From contig NC_134025.1 of NCBI RefSeq assembly GCF_964204645.1, positions 9,114,001 to 9,178,000 on the forward strand: a stretch of DNA of 64,000 nt, in the 5' to 3' direction. The notes beneath the pieces were generated by a model. The model was not told the origin of the DNA and made no database searches. It saw only the letters and a program-made list of their open reading frames with translations. Origin of the DNA: Tubulanus polymorphus. Lineage: Eukaryota > Animalia > Nemertea. A program made the position numbers and the translations under genes. Shown piece after piece: positions 39,657-52,734 of this stretch (positions are counted from its first letter, which is position 1; the number at the start of each line of letters is the position of its first letter).

Positions 39657-41539
39657 ATGTAAATTTCATGTGAATTTACTTAGTAGATTTACTTTGAGTG
39701 GAATATTTATCTTATAGATATAATTGTGATAAGATGATTGTCTGGCTATGAAGAATGCTTACGCTCATATAGATATTATTTGCATAGCCTAAGTGTAGTT
39801 ATCTTTTCATTCGTAATGATCGGAAACTTTGTTTGGTGGTTCATTATTTTTAAAAACAAACATAGCCAAAAAAAGATTGTCATCATGTATATGACAAATT
39901 CATTTTGGGAAATATTCAATCTTATATATTTACCGGCCCAAAAATCAACAGATTACTCACATAGACAATAAATGGCATTTACTAACCAAAATTTTAGGAA
40001 AAATTGTTTAAGAAATTTAAGAAATTAAAACTAATAATTGAATTCTGCATGCACTCTAATTGAGGTAAAGGTTTCTTAATGTAAGTCAGAGATTACTATT
40101 GTATTTGAAAAGCATATTAATGCTTAATTAGAGCGCGTGCGCTTGAGTGCTGCTGGTATACAAGATATTGTCATATTTTATTTTTGTCAGCCTCAACCAA
40201 TCTTAAGATAAAAGAATAACCTGTTAGCCTATTCTGCTTAAGGTTTGGAGATTTAGACTAGATTTAGACTAGTCTTACATATTGTACCAAAGCCAAGTTT
40301 TTTGCTTAAGACTCAGAACTGTGTAGGATATTCTTCTATCATGCAATGCAATGGTTTTTAAAGTACGCGCATATGAGAAATATATACACTATTTGAAACA
40401 CCTGAGTCTTCAGCTGCGATTTTCACTTGTCATTCTAATGTTGTTTGAAATGTATTGAGTCCCAGAATGGAACTTATAAAAATATGTTTATACAATTCTT
40501 GATTTTCCACCTGGGACAAGACCTATTAACCAAAACAAATTGTGGCAAATGTTTGGCCTTTCATTGAAGGGAATTGATGTCTTCGATTGAAATCAGGATT
40601 TGAAATGCTTTTATCTCAGTAATACGGTAGACCGGTATTGTATACATGTAATACTTCGTTAGAAGCCTGATATATTTTGGATTAGGGGTCTCAATTGGTG
40701 AAGTAATTCCGGGACCAAGGAATTCAGACAGCATCGGTGGGTTATCAGCAGGTTTCTCAACATGACTGCATTCTACGGGTTGCCAATCAGCAGTATTTCA
40801 AAATTTGTCTTAAATCAAGAAGACAATACCAACGATATATCCATACTGCCACATAATGTTTTTAATTGACCCATACAAAAATTTATTTTTAAGGACATGG
40901 AAATTAAGTTTAAAACATTAATTTTCATGACATAATTTATAAATAAGTGTAATGTTCTTTGTTGTGAGATTACAGATTTTAATTGTCTGTTTCATGGTAT
41001 ATTATCATATCATGGTGATAGCTTAGTAATATACATGTATGTTTTAAAATGTTCTGCAAAAGAACTGTAAAAAATGTTAAGAAATAAATAGATATATTTC
41101 GAAAATTTACTTTCCAGTTGTATCTCTATTCTTGGGTAAATTATTTGTCACAAAGATTTAGTTGTGCCATGAAGCGTTCAGCTCTTCAATATTGGGATAA
41201 TGTTGGTTTTTGGTGGATCATCACATGTTTGTAACGAATGGTTCACCGAAGGAGCATTATGCATTCCGTTTAACAGCGATATAAGGAATGAATATTTCTG
41301 CAGAAAGTTAAAACTTTTAGTCGATGCAATTTTTTATATCGTCTTCACAAGACGTTATGACCCTTATCAGCCACCATATTCTACAGACTTGATAAAATGA
41401 TATCATCTAAGGGCGGATCTAGGATTATTTGAAAGGGTGTACCTGAAAACTGGAATGGACAGTTAATTCGAAAAGGGCAGATTTGGCAATGGAAAGGCTG
41501 CAAGCACGGACATTGGCGGTGCTTCTAATGTTCCTCCCA

Positions 41540-42593
41540 TAGAAAATCTAGGACTAAAATGTGCTTCTCTGCTCCTTATCAGAGACCATTTGGATTTAAT
41601 TTTCGTCTTTTTGAAATTTTCTTTGCCAAAAAAATGATTTCCAGACTTTTTAGAGGGGGCATATTCTAATTTTTGAAGGTGTGGACAAGTCCATCCGGTC
41701 CACACTAAACCTACTATCATCTGAAGTTTGGTATGTAGACATGGAAACATATTGTTAAACATTCAAATCATAGAGTCACTTTTCTCTCATGAATAGATAT
41801 TAACCCTTTTTCTATATTAGAGGTTAGATAATAGTAATGGACATTGAATGTTTACTATGATTTATTCAACGTCCTATCGTACCGGTCTATCGCGTCAAAT
41901 CTTTATCGAGACTCGACTGAGGGATACTATCTTACCTATCAAATGCTTATTTACGATTTTAAGTCAACGTGCTGTTCTGTCCATACTAAACCTTAGCCCT
42001 CTCGACCAAATTCCATGTCAAACATTTGTTATAAGAACAAAGTTGGAGAGGGTGATAACCGCAGAGGTCGTGTATTCTATATATTTTAGATTGAATAAGT
42101 AAATTCTTGTTTTTAAATTCCTTTAACCTGTAGATAGTGGCATTTTTATCTTATTAACCGTTCACCGCGTTTGACTGTGGTTATTGTTCTACCGCAGAGG
42201 TTATTGAAAATCCTTCTATATATGTACAGAAGTCAAGTCTTCTATCGTTAAAAATATGCCGATAGACTTGCTACTTGCGACGGTTAATCAAAGCGCTTTG
42301 AAGATAGTTTAGACTTTGAGACTATCACGCAGAAAAATATAGAAAATCTAGGACTAAATGTGCTCTTTATCTGCTCCTTATCAGAGACCATTTGGATTTA
42401 ATTTTCGTCTTTTTCAAAATTTTCTTTGCAAAAAAATGATTTGCAGACTTTTTAGAGGGGGCATATTCTAATTTTTGAAGGGGGTGGAAAAGTCCATCCG
42501 GTCCACACTAAACCTACTATCATCTGAAGTTTGGTATGTAGGCATGGAAACATATTGTTAAACATTCAAATCATAGTCACTTTTCTCTCATGA
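41540..42593 (+). repeat. ~253-bp direct repeat (41540-41792 and 42340-42593)
   Basis: Near-identical copies of tagaaaatctaggactaaa ... cacttttctctcatga, 800 bp apart. Confidence 0.9.
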
Positions 42594-44861
42594 CCCCCTT
42601 TCAATGCAGACTTTTTGGATATCATTCAATACAGTTTAAAATCTATTACAAATCAATGTTTTAGGTCAACTGCCAGTCCTTTCTGGTCCTAATAAGACTT
42701 TTATCAGGTATGTATTACAAAAAAAGACTGAGATCTGAGTCTATTACTACAATGATTGTTGTTTTATTTTATACTACTGTATCATATTGTAATCGCATTT
42801 CTTTGTATCAATCTATTAATGCAAAATAAACTATAACTATGTACCGCACTCTTGTATTGATGTTGATAGTTTATTGCATGTCATTGTGTGATTTTTATAT
42901 CGTTATACGGAGCAATAAAATAAAAGTTCAAGTTCCAAGTATCGTCTGTTGAATCAGTGATTGGAAACAATGAGGTATGAACAAAATAGAACAATAGAAA
43001 GTATAGGATAAAAGAAAGCATTAAACTGAATTGATTGAACAATGAACAAGGATTCAGATTCAGATTCAGATTCAGATTCAAATTTATTGCTCCAGAAAAA
43101 ATACAATTTTTTTTCGAGCACATGATGAAAAATAAACAGTTTTACGGCAATACAATAACAGTTACTCCAGTTACAATTTACGATTACAGTTACTCCTTTT
43201 ATAAAGTTTGTATATATCGGTATTAAGCAATTTAGTGCGCACAGCGACGGCTGAAGCTATGTGCCTTTTTTATAAACACTGCTAGCTTTTTCCTTACGAT
43301 GTTTGGGTCTTGTGGTGTAAAAAGATTCGTGAATGTTCTTAAATAGAGTGTAATGATTCTTGAAAAGACAAAATTTGAATACTGTTAAGTTTCTACTTTA
43401 TAGATATTCTATCATAATAACATCCCGCACCGAGTGCATGTGCTTTGTGAATGATACATTTTGGCTACGAGGCTCATTAACACAGAAAGGATCAGTCCAA
43501 ATTCGGTTTAACACAAACTCAAATATAGCTGCAAAGCAGCGATAACGGGTTTTCTGGATGCATGTGATCGAAAGGAAAAATTAATTACCGGGTATTCGAT
43601 GGAAAAAATAAAATGAGATGATTTGGATATTATCGGAGCAATCCTCTTTTTGGTTGAATGGTCTAACCCAGTACAGTCCCCGTGATTTGGAAATTCTCGG
43701 AGCCCTTCTTTATTTACTTACTAAATGACGTCACAAACTGTTATTTCGCCGGTGCTAGTTGTCTAACAATTCAATTCAATTCTTTATTTACAGTAACCTA
43801 ATAAGTAATTTTAAGTTTCAAATAGGATGGAAAGTACATTCAGACAATCTGTTGGTTCAGAGAGACCGTTATTACAGTATCAATTTATACATTTCGTTTC
43901 GAAGCTGTCAGTTGCCGAATCTGAATGAAGATGAATTTTATTTGACGAAATCGGCGGAAAATAAATAATAATAATAATCAACAGAATTTCAAGAGGGTTT
44001 TCGACGAAAGTCAGAAAACCCTAATAAGAATAAAACATTTATTAAAGATCAAAGTTCGAGACTAAGTTCAAGGAGGCATATCGTATCGTCAAGTGAATGA
44101 TTGGAAAGTGAGGTATGAACTACGGAAGCGATCAGGAGCCTCCAGTTGTCGCATTCCAACGCGACAACGCGAAACTGTGGAACAGACTGAGTTTCAAGTC
44201 ACCACTTCTCATGTCGATTGAGTCTCAAACTCGAGGCCTCCGTAGCTTACGATTAAGCAAATTTTACAATGGCCCATGTTTTGTTTTCTCGCGCGAAAAT
44301 TTAAAACTTATGTCGACATTATTATGGCGACTTGTTGAGTTGGAACGCAACAACTCAGAAAATTGTTTAGTATGATCCGAATCAGTCACCATTTATTTTA
44401 TACATATCGAATTATCATTATTTCAATAATATTTTTATTTTTCGGTGACGATAACGACACGTGTTTTAACTGTCATCTGGTTCTGATTGGTTATGTTTCG
44501 CGCCATGAAGCTGTTTAGTAAAAACAAGCAGAGCCACGGCGAATTTCATTGATATCTGATTTAAAACGTTATGTTTCTTTATCAATGTGACCCTGGGTAT
44601 AGTTATGTTACTGACAAAATCATTGATATTGTTATTGATCTCTGGTCAAAAGTTTTTATCGTAAGATTTCACGACAACGCAAGAAATTTACATAGCGTGT
44701 AAAAACGAAATAATTCGTTTAAAAAACGAAATAATTCGTTTTTACTAGTTAAAAGTGTGTTTTGCGCTGGAGTAAAAACAAATGGACAACTCGAAAACAC
44801 GAAATAATTTGTTTTTGCGCGCTAAAAGTTTGTTTTTGCACCCGTCGTTATTTCACCAAAG

Positions 44862-45208
44862 CAGGGGCGGATCCAGGAGGTGGCTTATGGGGGGAGCACG
44901 AAAGTCGGACAGATTATCTCCGCGGACACAAAGGGGGTATGGGGACCTCCCCAGCAAAATCTTAAAAAATAATGCCCACTAGCTTCATTTCAGAGGCATT
45001 TTGATGTTATGATCCTCAATACACGACCATCCTCAAGCAAAAAACCATAATAGATCAATAGGAGAGTTATTATACTATAGTATCAATCTTTTTTGGAACA
45101 ACATATTTACATTTGCACCATAGAAACAATGAGTAGAGTGCATGAATGATCCTTAATTCAACTATCTACGGTGCTCCCCCCCCCCCCTAAATACTAAATC
45201 CGTCTCTT
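44862..45208. mobile_element. hAT-like MITE remnant (CAGGGGCGGATCCAG family)
   Basis: caggggcggatccagg 5' end and C-tract followed by aaatccgtctct 3' end; related 5' end agggcggatctagga at ~41410. Confidence 0.45.
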
Positions 45209-45928
45209 TAAGGGGTCGTGGATAGCGATGAACCACTGACACTACGGTTCTCAGTTTAAAAAAAACAAGATAAAAACGTCTTCAAAAAGCTATTGAAAAT
45301 AATTTGAAAGAAATATGGTGGTAAGAGATAAGTTTGAAAGTTTGAAGGATTAATTTTGCCACGCTTTCCTTTGCACAGCGGCGCCACTGCATGGTTGGTT
45401 AAAAGTTTCAACAAGCATAACGGCCGATTATTAACAACTAAATATATAAGATAAACTTCATTCTGGATTCCAGAAAAGGAGCAGCCCAGCAGAAAATATT
45501 CTAAATGATAAAGGCTTTGAAATTGATACTAGAGTTAAAAATATAGTTATCTAAGTAGTTGCCTAGTTTCATACTTTTCTCGGGTAAGTAATTCATTGTA
45601 CAGGAGTTTGAATTTACGGATTTGCGAATTCATTCACACTCCAACAACTTGCATGGTACGTGGTGCGAAGATATTGCATAAACAAGTGACAAAACAACAC
45701 GTAATGATGCAAATTTAAGGAATAAAACATAGCAAAATCGTTTACAAAGTATACATTAATTATTTACGATACACAAATGTACTATTACAGGGATCTATAC
45801 ACATATTTAAGCCTGTTTTGATTCGGAATTTGTGGACCGTTGGGTGTATCAAAATATCAAGGGCAAGGGCATTCAAATTCAAATAATTTTTACAGATTCA
45901 TTTAATAAGGTCGCGGGGTAAATCGTAA

Positions 45929-46560
45929 GGTACAGTCAAACAGAAAATGGAATTCATCACATAGGTTATAACAAGCGCGGAATATTCTATCACCTCTTTC
46001 TAAATGAAGATATGAAGTAGCCGGCTCCCGGTTCCCGGTTCCCGGTTCGGCTCCCGATTCGGCTCCCGATTCAAAATGTTTTTGAATCGGGAGCCGAATA
46101 AGGAACCGGGAACCGGTAGCCAGCTTCACAGGGGTATATCAAGGGTGTATTCAAATATCCTTGCGGGGTTCATGAAACATTTCAAAGTATGGACCGTGTG
46201 CGCTGAAAATATGGCGCTACTTTTCAAATTTTCGCTATAGGGCTAATTATTTGAAAGAATATTTAAGAATTCCCGATAGACATAATATAGTATATGTATA
46301 GTTTTTATAGTATATTACATCAAATATGTTGAGTTTCCAGCAATACCACCCGTTGGACATTGGTTATTGCTAATAGGAAAGAGCCGTCACGTAGACAAAA
46401 AATCCGCCCCGTAACGTGACAGGTATCCTACTTAAGTGAGGTACAGTCAAACAGAAAATTGGATTCGTCACCTAAAGTGTTACAAGCGGGGTATATTCTA
46501 TCAGCTCTGTCTAAATGACGGTTTGAAAATTTGTTCACTGGTAAAATATAGGCCCCGACC
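45929..46560 (-). mobile_element. Two decayed non-LTR retrotransposon ORF2 C-terminal fragments (45929-46007, 46439-46560)
   Basis: Minus-strand translations HLERGDRIFRACYNLCDEFHFLFDC and ILPVNKFSNRHLDRADRIYPACNTLGDESNFLFDC resemble the LP..R..R.C..C...GDEFHFLFxC Zn-knuckle end of LINE ORF2. The two fragments are mutually similar. Confidence 0.6.
46013..46128. mobile_element. GC-rich palindromic MITE with tandem subrepeats
   Basis: tgaag...(ccggttc)n/(ggctcccgattc)2 mirrored by gaatcgggagccg/(gaaccgg)n...cttca. Confidence 0.7.
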
Positions 46561-47123
46561 CCAAATTCCAATAAACTTGACTAAATAGTAGATGCTGCCA
46601 TCTACTGGCAATGTCGGCTACCGACAGATGGTACCACGGTCTGTTCATCTTTTGACGTCATTATTATCATTCATGATTTTTCTTGGATTCAGCATTTCCA
46701 GCATGTAGGCGTTGAATGGTGAAAAATTATCAGTACCAATTTCTCTTACGGTAAATATAAGACTTATCTGTGAATCGTATCACCCTTTAATGTACTAGCC
46801 TACCTAACAAATTTCTGCTGTTGTGAATTGATGATGGGATAAAGCCTTTCTCTTCGACTTATGGCTTCTTAATAATAATAATCTTGCCCTGTCTTCTCTT
46901 GCCCTCTCGGTTGGTGGAATTGTCAAGTCGTGATGTTGTGAAGTAAAAGAAGTAAGGTAGGGCCTATTGTTGGTATCCCTATTCTTTAGCCTGGAAGGAT
47001 GAGTAGTGAAGCTGCTGTCGCTGTATGTATGAGTGATGGACCTTAGGCCTGTATGTCAGTTATTTGTTATCAAATATTTTCGTTTTCGGCCATACTTTCA
47101 TGAGTATGTATTAGCCTTGTGCT

Positions 47124-47648
47124 CTAATGTCTATTTCAACCTGACTTGAGTCTGAGAGCATTCCGGGTGGCCTAGCCCCCTCATTTTTGGTAGTACGGTA
47201 TAGGCCTACCTGATAAAGGTCTCAATAGGACCAGAAAGGACTGGCAGCTGACCTAAAACATCATTGTTTTATCCATTTGGAACTGTATGGAAGGATATCC
47301 AAAAATTCTTCACTGAAAGGGGTTAGGCCTAAATGAAGAGAAGTGACTCCATGATTTGAAAGTTTAACAATATGTTTCCATGCCTACATACCAAACTTCA
47401 GTTGGTAGGCATGGAGACATATTGTTAAACTTTCAAATCATGGAGTCTCTTTTCTCTCATGAACCCCTTTCAATTAAGACTTTTTTGGATATCCTTCAAT
47501 TCAGTTTAAAGTGGATTAAAAAACGATGTTTAAGGTCGACTGCCTGTCCTTTCAGGTCCTACTAAGACCTTTATCAGGTATGTACTACCAAAACTGACTG
47601 AGCTAGGCCACCCGGAATGCTCTCAAGTCAGGTTGAAATAGACATTAG
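47124..47648. mobile_element. ~525-bp foldback (palindromic) element
   Basis: ~260-bp arms from ctaatgtctatttcaacctgacttgag to ctcaagtcaggttgaaatagacattag, loop ~47388-47404. Partial copies at ~41720-41792 and ~42520-42720. Confidence 0.9.
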
Positions 47649-47855
47649 TAGTACCATTACTGATAGTATAAGCACAACGCGGTAGAATTCTTACCCATGA
47701 TTCATACCCATGATGACACATAGGGCCTACCCTTCTTCGTCTATCTGTACAACTAGACCTATGATTAAAAAATCCTGAAATATTGACCCAGTTTATTCCA
47801 GTTTAACACTGTTACGTATTGAAATCTGGCTGAAAAATAACACCTAGAATGATTA

Positions 47856-48353
47856 CTGTCTGTCACACCTACTCTCCGTGCGACGTTTTAGTCCGTAATT
47901 TCGTTAATAATCGGTTTATCTACCTTTATTACGCATCAATTTGTTCAGTGAGGAATTTGCATTCAGAAATAAACAACAATTTTCACTTAAGTTGTTTTTG
48001 TTTTCATTTATGAGCGATAGTTTACTCAGCATACGCTCGCGTAATGCTGAAAAATCCGCTCCGCGGACGCTCGGAAACGTTACAGTGACGTCATACTGCT
48101 CATTAGCATATCAAAATACAGTAGGTGGCGCCACGTGACAGGCCATAAAAGCCGTTTTTCAGCATTACGCGAGCGTATGCTAGGTAAACTATCGCTGATA
48201 GAAGAAAACACAAACAAATTTATGCCATTTCATGATTTATTTCTGAATGCAAATTCCTTACTGAACAAATTGATGCATAATATTTACAGATCAACCGATT
48301 ATTAACGAAATTACGGACCGAAACGCCGCACGAAGAGCATGTGTGACAGACAG
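47856..48353. mobile_element. ~500-bp MITE with long terminal inverted repeats and TA target duplication
   Basis: TA|ctgtctgtcacac ... gtgtgacagacag|TA; arms pair over ~200 bp (e.g. tccgtaatttcgttaataatcggtt, atcaatttgttcagt, agcatacgctcgcgtaatgctgaaaa). Confidence 0.9.
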
Positions 48354-51300
48354 TAGGGATCAAATGTTTAATTTCTATTTTGTTGACAAAGTGTGTATTT
48401 GATAGGCCTATCCTGATTTCAACAATATCAGATCAATGAACTTTCAAATTTTTGTTATCAAAGGAATAAATATATTCAACACGTTTTCAAAATTCAAACA
48501 AGGTATCGATTAAGTTCATTTGATGAAATAGCTTCGATTGCTGATCATTATCTGTACTAACATTGCAAGAACCAGGAATTGACCTCTCATCAGACATTGA
48601 AGGGGAACCCATACATCATTTGGTGGTATTCCGACAAACTGTATTAGGTCACAGAGTCACCTAATTTGATGACAGAAAAGAATGAGCTACCACTGCTAGT
48701 CTAAGAGCAACAGGCCTAATTGTAAGGCTAGTCAACTGGACCTAATAGGCCTAGGCTATAAAGGGTGACCGATATGAAAAAAGCAATTGATTACATTTTC
48801 ATTACAGTTGATAAATCAATCCACTCTTTCTACAGTTTAGCAGCAATTTTGCCAATTCGTCCCTCTGACCAATGAGGCTCATATTATAGAACTTTTTCTA
48901 ACATGATGCCTGCTGTTTTACCATATCAGGCCAATAGGCCTATATAAGTTGTGAATTATGATAGAATTGAAATTGGTCTTTGCTATCTCTAACTATATTT
49001 AGGTCAACTGAAAAATTCAAGTACAGGTAGGCCTTTAGTGGGTTTCAAGGTTTAGTATTTGTCAACATTCCATAGTTATCGTCCTTATCTGCTTATAATG
49101 AACAATCCCTGCTGCTAAGCATTCAGCTGAAGTCTAGAATCAGTCCTATAGTAGTAGTATAATAATGCTCTGGTAGCTATCTGCAATCAATTTGAGCCTA
49201 ACATATAGTTAACATGAACATTGACCAGTGACTTTACTTACAGTATATGTTGTGCATTTGCTGCTTGTGACTGACACAATATGGCTCTAGCGTTGAATTA
49301 TGTGCCCCTCCAACATGAATGTATCAGGAACTAATGAGTGGAAAAAACCACTGATTTGTTAATCTTTTAGCTTATCTAGCTTCACATTTTATCTTGGTTT
49401 CCAAAAACTAAACCCTATAGAACGTTTATAATATTTAACCTCGCCATAGGGTGGCCTTCGAAGTATTGCCTGTTACTCTGGACCTGACTGGCATGTTCAG
49501 GTTTGACTGTTTTCCTGTTTCATTGATCGTAAGTACCAATTGAGAGCTCGTTAAATCAAATTTGAAAAAATGTGGACAAACTCCAGGTGTTTTCGGGGAA
49601 AGCTTCTTTCATTTCCTATTGTGAGTGATTATGGCATCGTTGAAAGGACGCATGATATATTCAGAAACTGTATTCAGGGGGGCTCCATATCAAGGATTTG
49701 ATAAATTTGATGAAAAATTGTGGTTAATAATCCATTTCAAATAGAACTAGCACTACTACAAAATCGTGTTACCATAGATAGGTTAATTGCGTTAACTTTT
49801 AAACAATTAAGTCTTAAGGTGGATGAGGCTTAAATAGGTTAGGTGTGCCCCTTGTACAGACTGTAAGTTTGTTTTATACATTGATCCTCAATCAGTCACT
49901 TAAAACTGATTGAAAATTATCATAAACCACTAATTATCAAAATCACTAGCGCTTTTCATGTAATTCTTCATCTAGTGTAAAATAGGCCTATGTCCCTATG
50001 AATTGACCAGCTGCGAAAAGTGGGAATGATAATTGTTTGTTGCATATTTAAGCGCATTTGGGAGAGGTTTTGATGGCAGCTGATCGCATTGTGACCAATT
50101 CACAACAGGTCTTTTGTTGGTAGAAGTGTGGCTACGATGTTTGGCGACACTAGGGCAGCTGACAGTATAGTATTGTTCGTGTGATGCATTCAAAAATACG
50201 TAGATTTACGCGGTCCTGACATCATTTCGACTGAAAGTTTTCACTAGCGACGACGACTGTTTACGTAAAGAGGATTTCGGTATAGAGAAATACATATTGA
50301 AGTCTTGTGATAGTGATTTCTGTCGGATTGCCGTTTGTGACTCAGTTTAATGTGATATTGACAAGGCGGTTGCTCGTCGTTACGTAAGAGGTATGCTACG
50401 CTGTATAGTATTTTGATGCATTTAATAATACTGGATTTGATATGAATTTCTAACATGGAACTCTGAACAGTTTTCTCTTTTACGCGGCAGGCCTATACGC
50501 CTATATATGATTTAAGTTCATTGTGTGGTATCTTGAGGTAAGAAGTATGGTTAAGCCATTGGTTTTATTCATTCATTTGCTGTGTCCCTAACGAACCCAC
50601 CACTACTGCAAAAATTGTATATCGGACTGCGAAATATAGATGAATGCCGTAGTTGTAAATTAAGCAGAAACTTTGGTTTAAATTGAAGTTTTGCCATGGA
50701 CAAGTTTTGGCAGGTTTGAAGTGATGTCTGTGTAGGGTGATTTGATAATAAGATATTAATGGGTTTGGGTAAGATTAGGATAAGGGTGTGTCATGGATAC
50801 GGGTGTATGAGCTGGAAGGAATTTTATTGCTGGACTCCTGGAGATGGCTCTGCCTTGATTTGTGCTCGATGTAATACGTAAGGTATATCAGCGTGTGACG
50901 GCATGTGACATGACCGATGCTTATTCGCCATTCGCTGCTGATGTAGCATTAAATTAGAAGTTCTGTTTGAGGTTTAAATTTGGTAGCGGTTATGATTGGT
51001 TTATTTGTAATGCAAGTTCTTATTGATTGGCTAACTGTATTCAGTTATCATTTGCCGCATCATCTTATTGTTGTCATATTTTCACTATAGACAAAGTGCT
51101 TAGCACTGCAGGTTTATTTCTTCATTCCGAGCTGTTTGGCATATTCTTCTTTTGTTACATTTAAGGTCTGTAAGATTTAAAGTTTTTTTTTCGGCGTTTG
51201 TTTTTACATATGAATTCATTTGGACAATTTATGAATGAATGAATTTCATGTTTTGACTGTCATATGATGATGAGTCATTGTGTTTTAACGATAGATTGAG

Positions 51301-51599
51301 CACGGTAGACGGTCACAGACGGTCACAAATCGCTTACTGGTAAAATCCTCATCTAGGGATTCGGTTATAATAGTTATGATTATGTTGTTAGGAAAAAAAC
51401 TTTAATCTTTCACTTGTTACTACTACGTGTGTGTCGATGTTAGTATTGATTTTATTGATTTTTTGATAATAAATCAGTCGATATCTGTTTTCATTTCAGA
51501 AAGAGTTAAAGAAGAACGACGGATAAAAATTGTTTTCGTTGATATTTAGAAACATTCCAAGAATGCGTGCACGGTCGCCGGTTAACTAAATCCAGTTTT

Positions 51600-52674
51600 A
51601 TGGATGAACGATTTTCGGAGTCGTCGAGCCATCCGATGATTCCCCCCGAAGTCAGTATGAAGTCAGCTTGCGTGTTCCGCGACCAGGTCAACACCGTTTG
51701 GGGATACTTTCAGACGTGGAACGATTGCGAACAGACGGTCGCGCTGTGTTCGTTGCTGAAGAAGATATCCGCGCCGCAGGCCAAGTTCCTCAGCCAAGTT
51801 CTCGAGCAAAGTCTATCTACGAGCACCGACCTACAGCAATGCGTGGACGAAGCTAACGATCCAGGTACTTATGATGAGAAATTTTCAGTCAGAAAAACAC
51901 ATTTTTTGCATTTGTCAAAAGAAACAATTTACTGTTTCAAAATGAGATCGAGCGGGTAACTTCGATAGATTTTTCATGGAATTGACCCCTCAGGAAAAAA
52001 ACCGCAATGTACTATTTCGCTCAATTTCTTGTAAAATTCTGGCTGAGAAAAATTTCCGCATTTTTTTTCTCGCGAGTGGGAAGATCGTGTAGAGCTATAG
52101 GCAGCCAACGCATTCTTTGTTCTATCTAACTCACTAGAAATAGTTTGTTGATTACATAAAAATTACAACATACTTCTGACAGGTAACATTAATAAATAAG
52201 GATAGCCTAACGTCTAAGTGCATTGAGCCTTATTCAGTGAAGCGTTAGAGATCTCGCTGGGACTTAAGATCATCTCTGGGGCCTGCTTTTTGAAGTGAGA
52301 ATTTATGGTTAGTTGCCAAGGACAACCTTCATCTCATTCTCGTCGTTTTGACTTCTTCGACAGTTTAGATTAATCCTGATTAGCTTTTGTGATATTGTAG
52401 ATATTCGTTGAATTATGCATAGTAGCAATAAATAGAATGACAGGAAACACAGACTTCACATTCAGGGAGTGAACAGTGTCTGTGTGTGTGTGTTCGTTAT
52501 TACAATTGTATGATCTAATTATATCTATTTGTATATCCTCGTTTAACCATTCATATATACATGTTTATATATATATCCAAGGGATGAAACCCCACCTCCA
52601 AACTCCATGGTAAAAAATCACTACCCTGTGCTTATTGTCATTGTCAGAGTTGCACGTACGACAGTTAATTGCAG

Positions 52675-52734
<60 letters not shown>

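Noticed and set aside
44115-44982. Intergenic ORFs of 66-86 aa
   Set aside because: No homology or exon structure recognised; they overlap repeat remnants.
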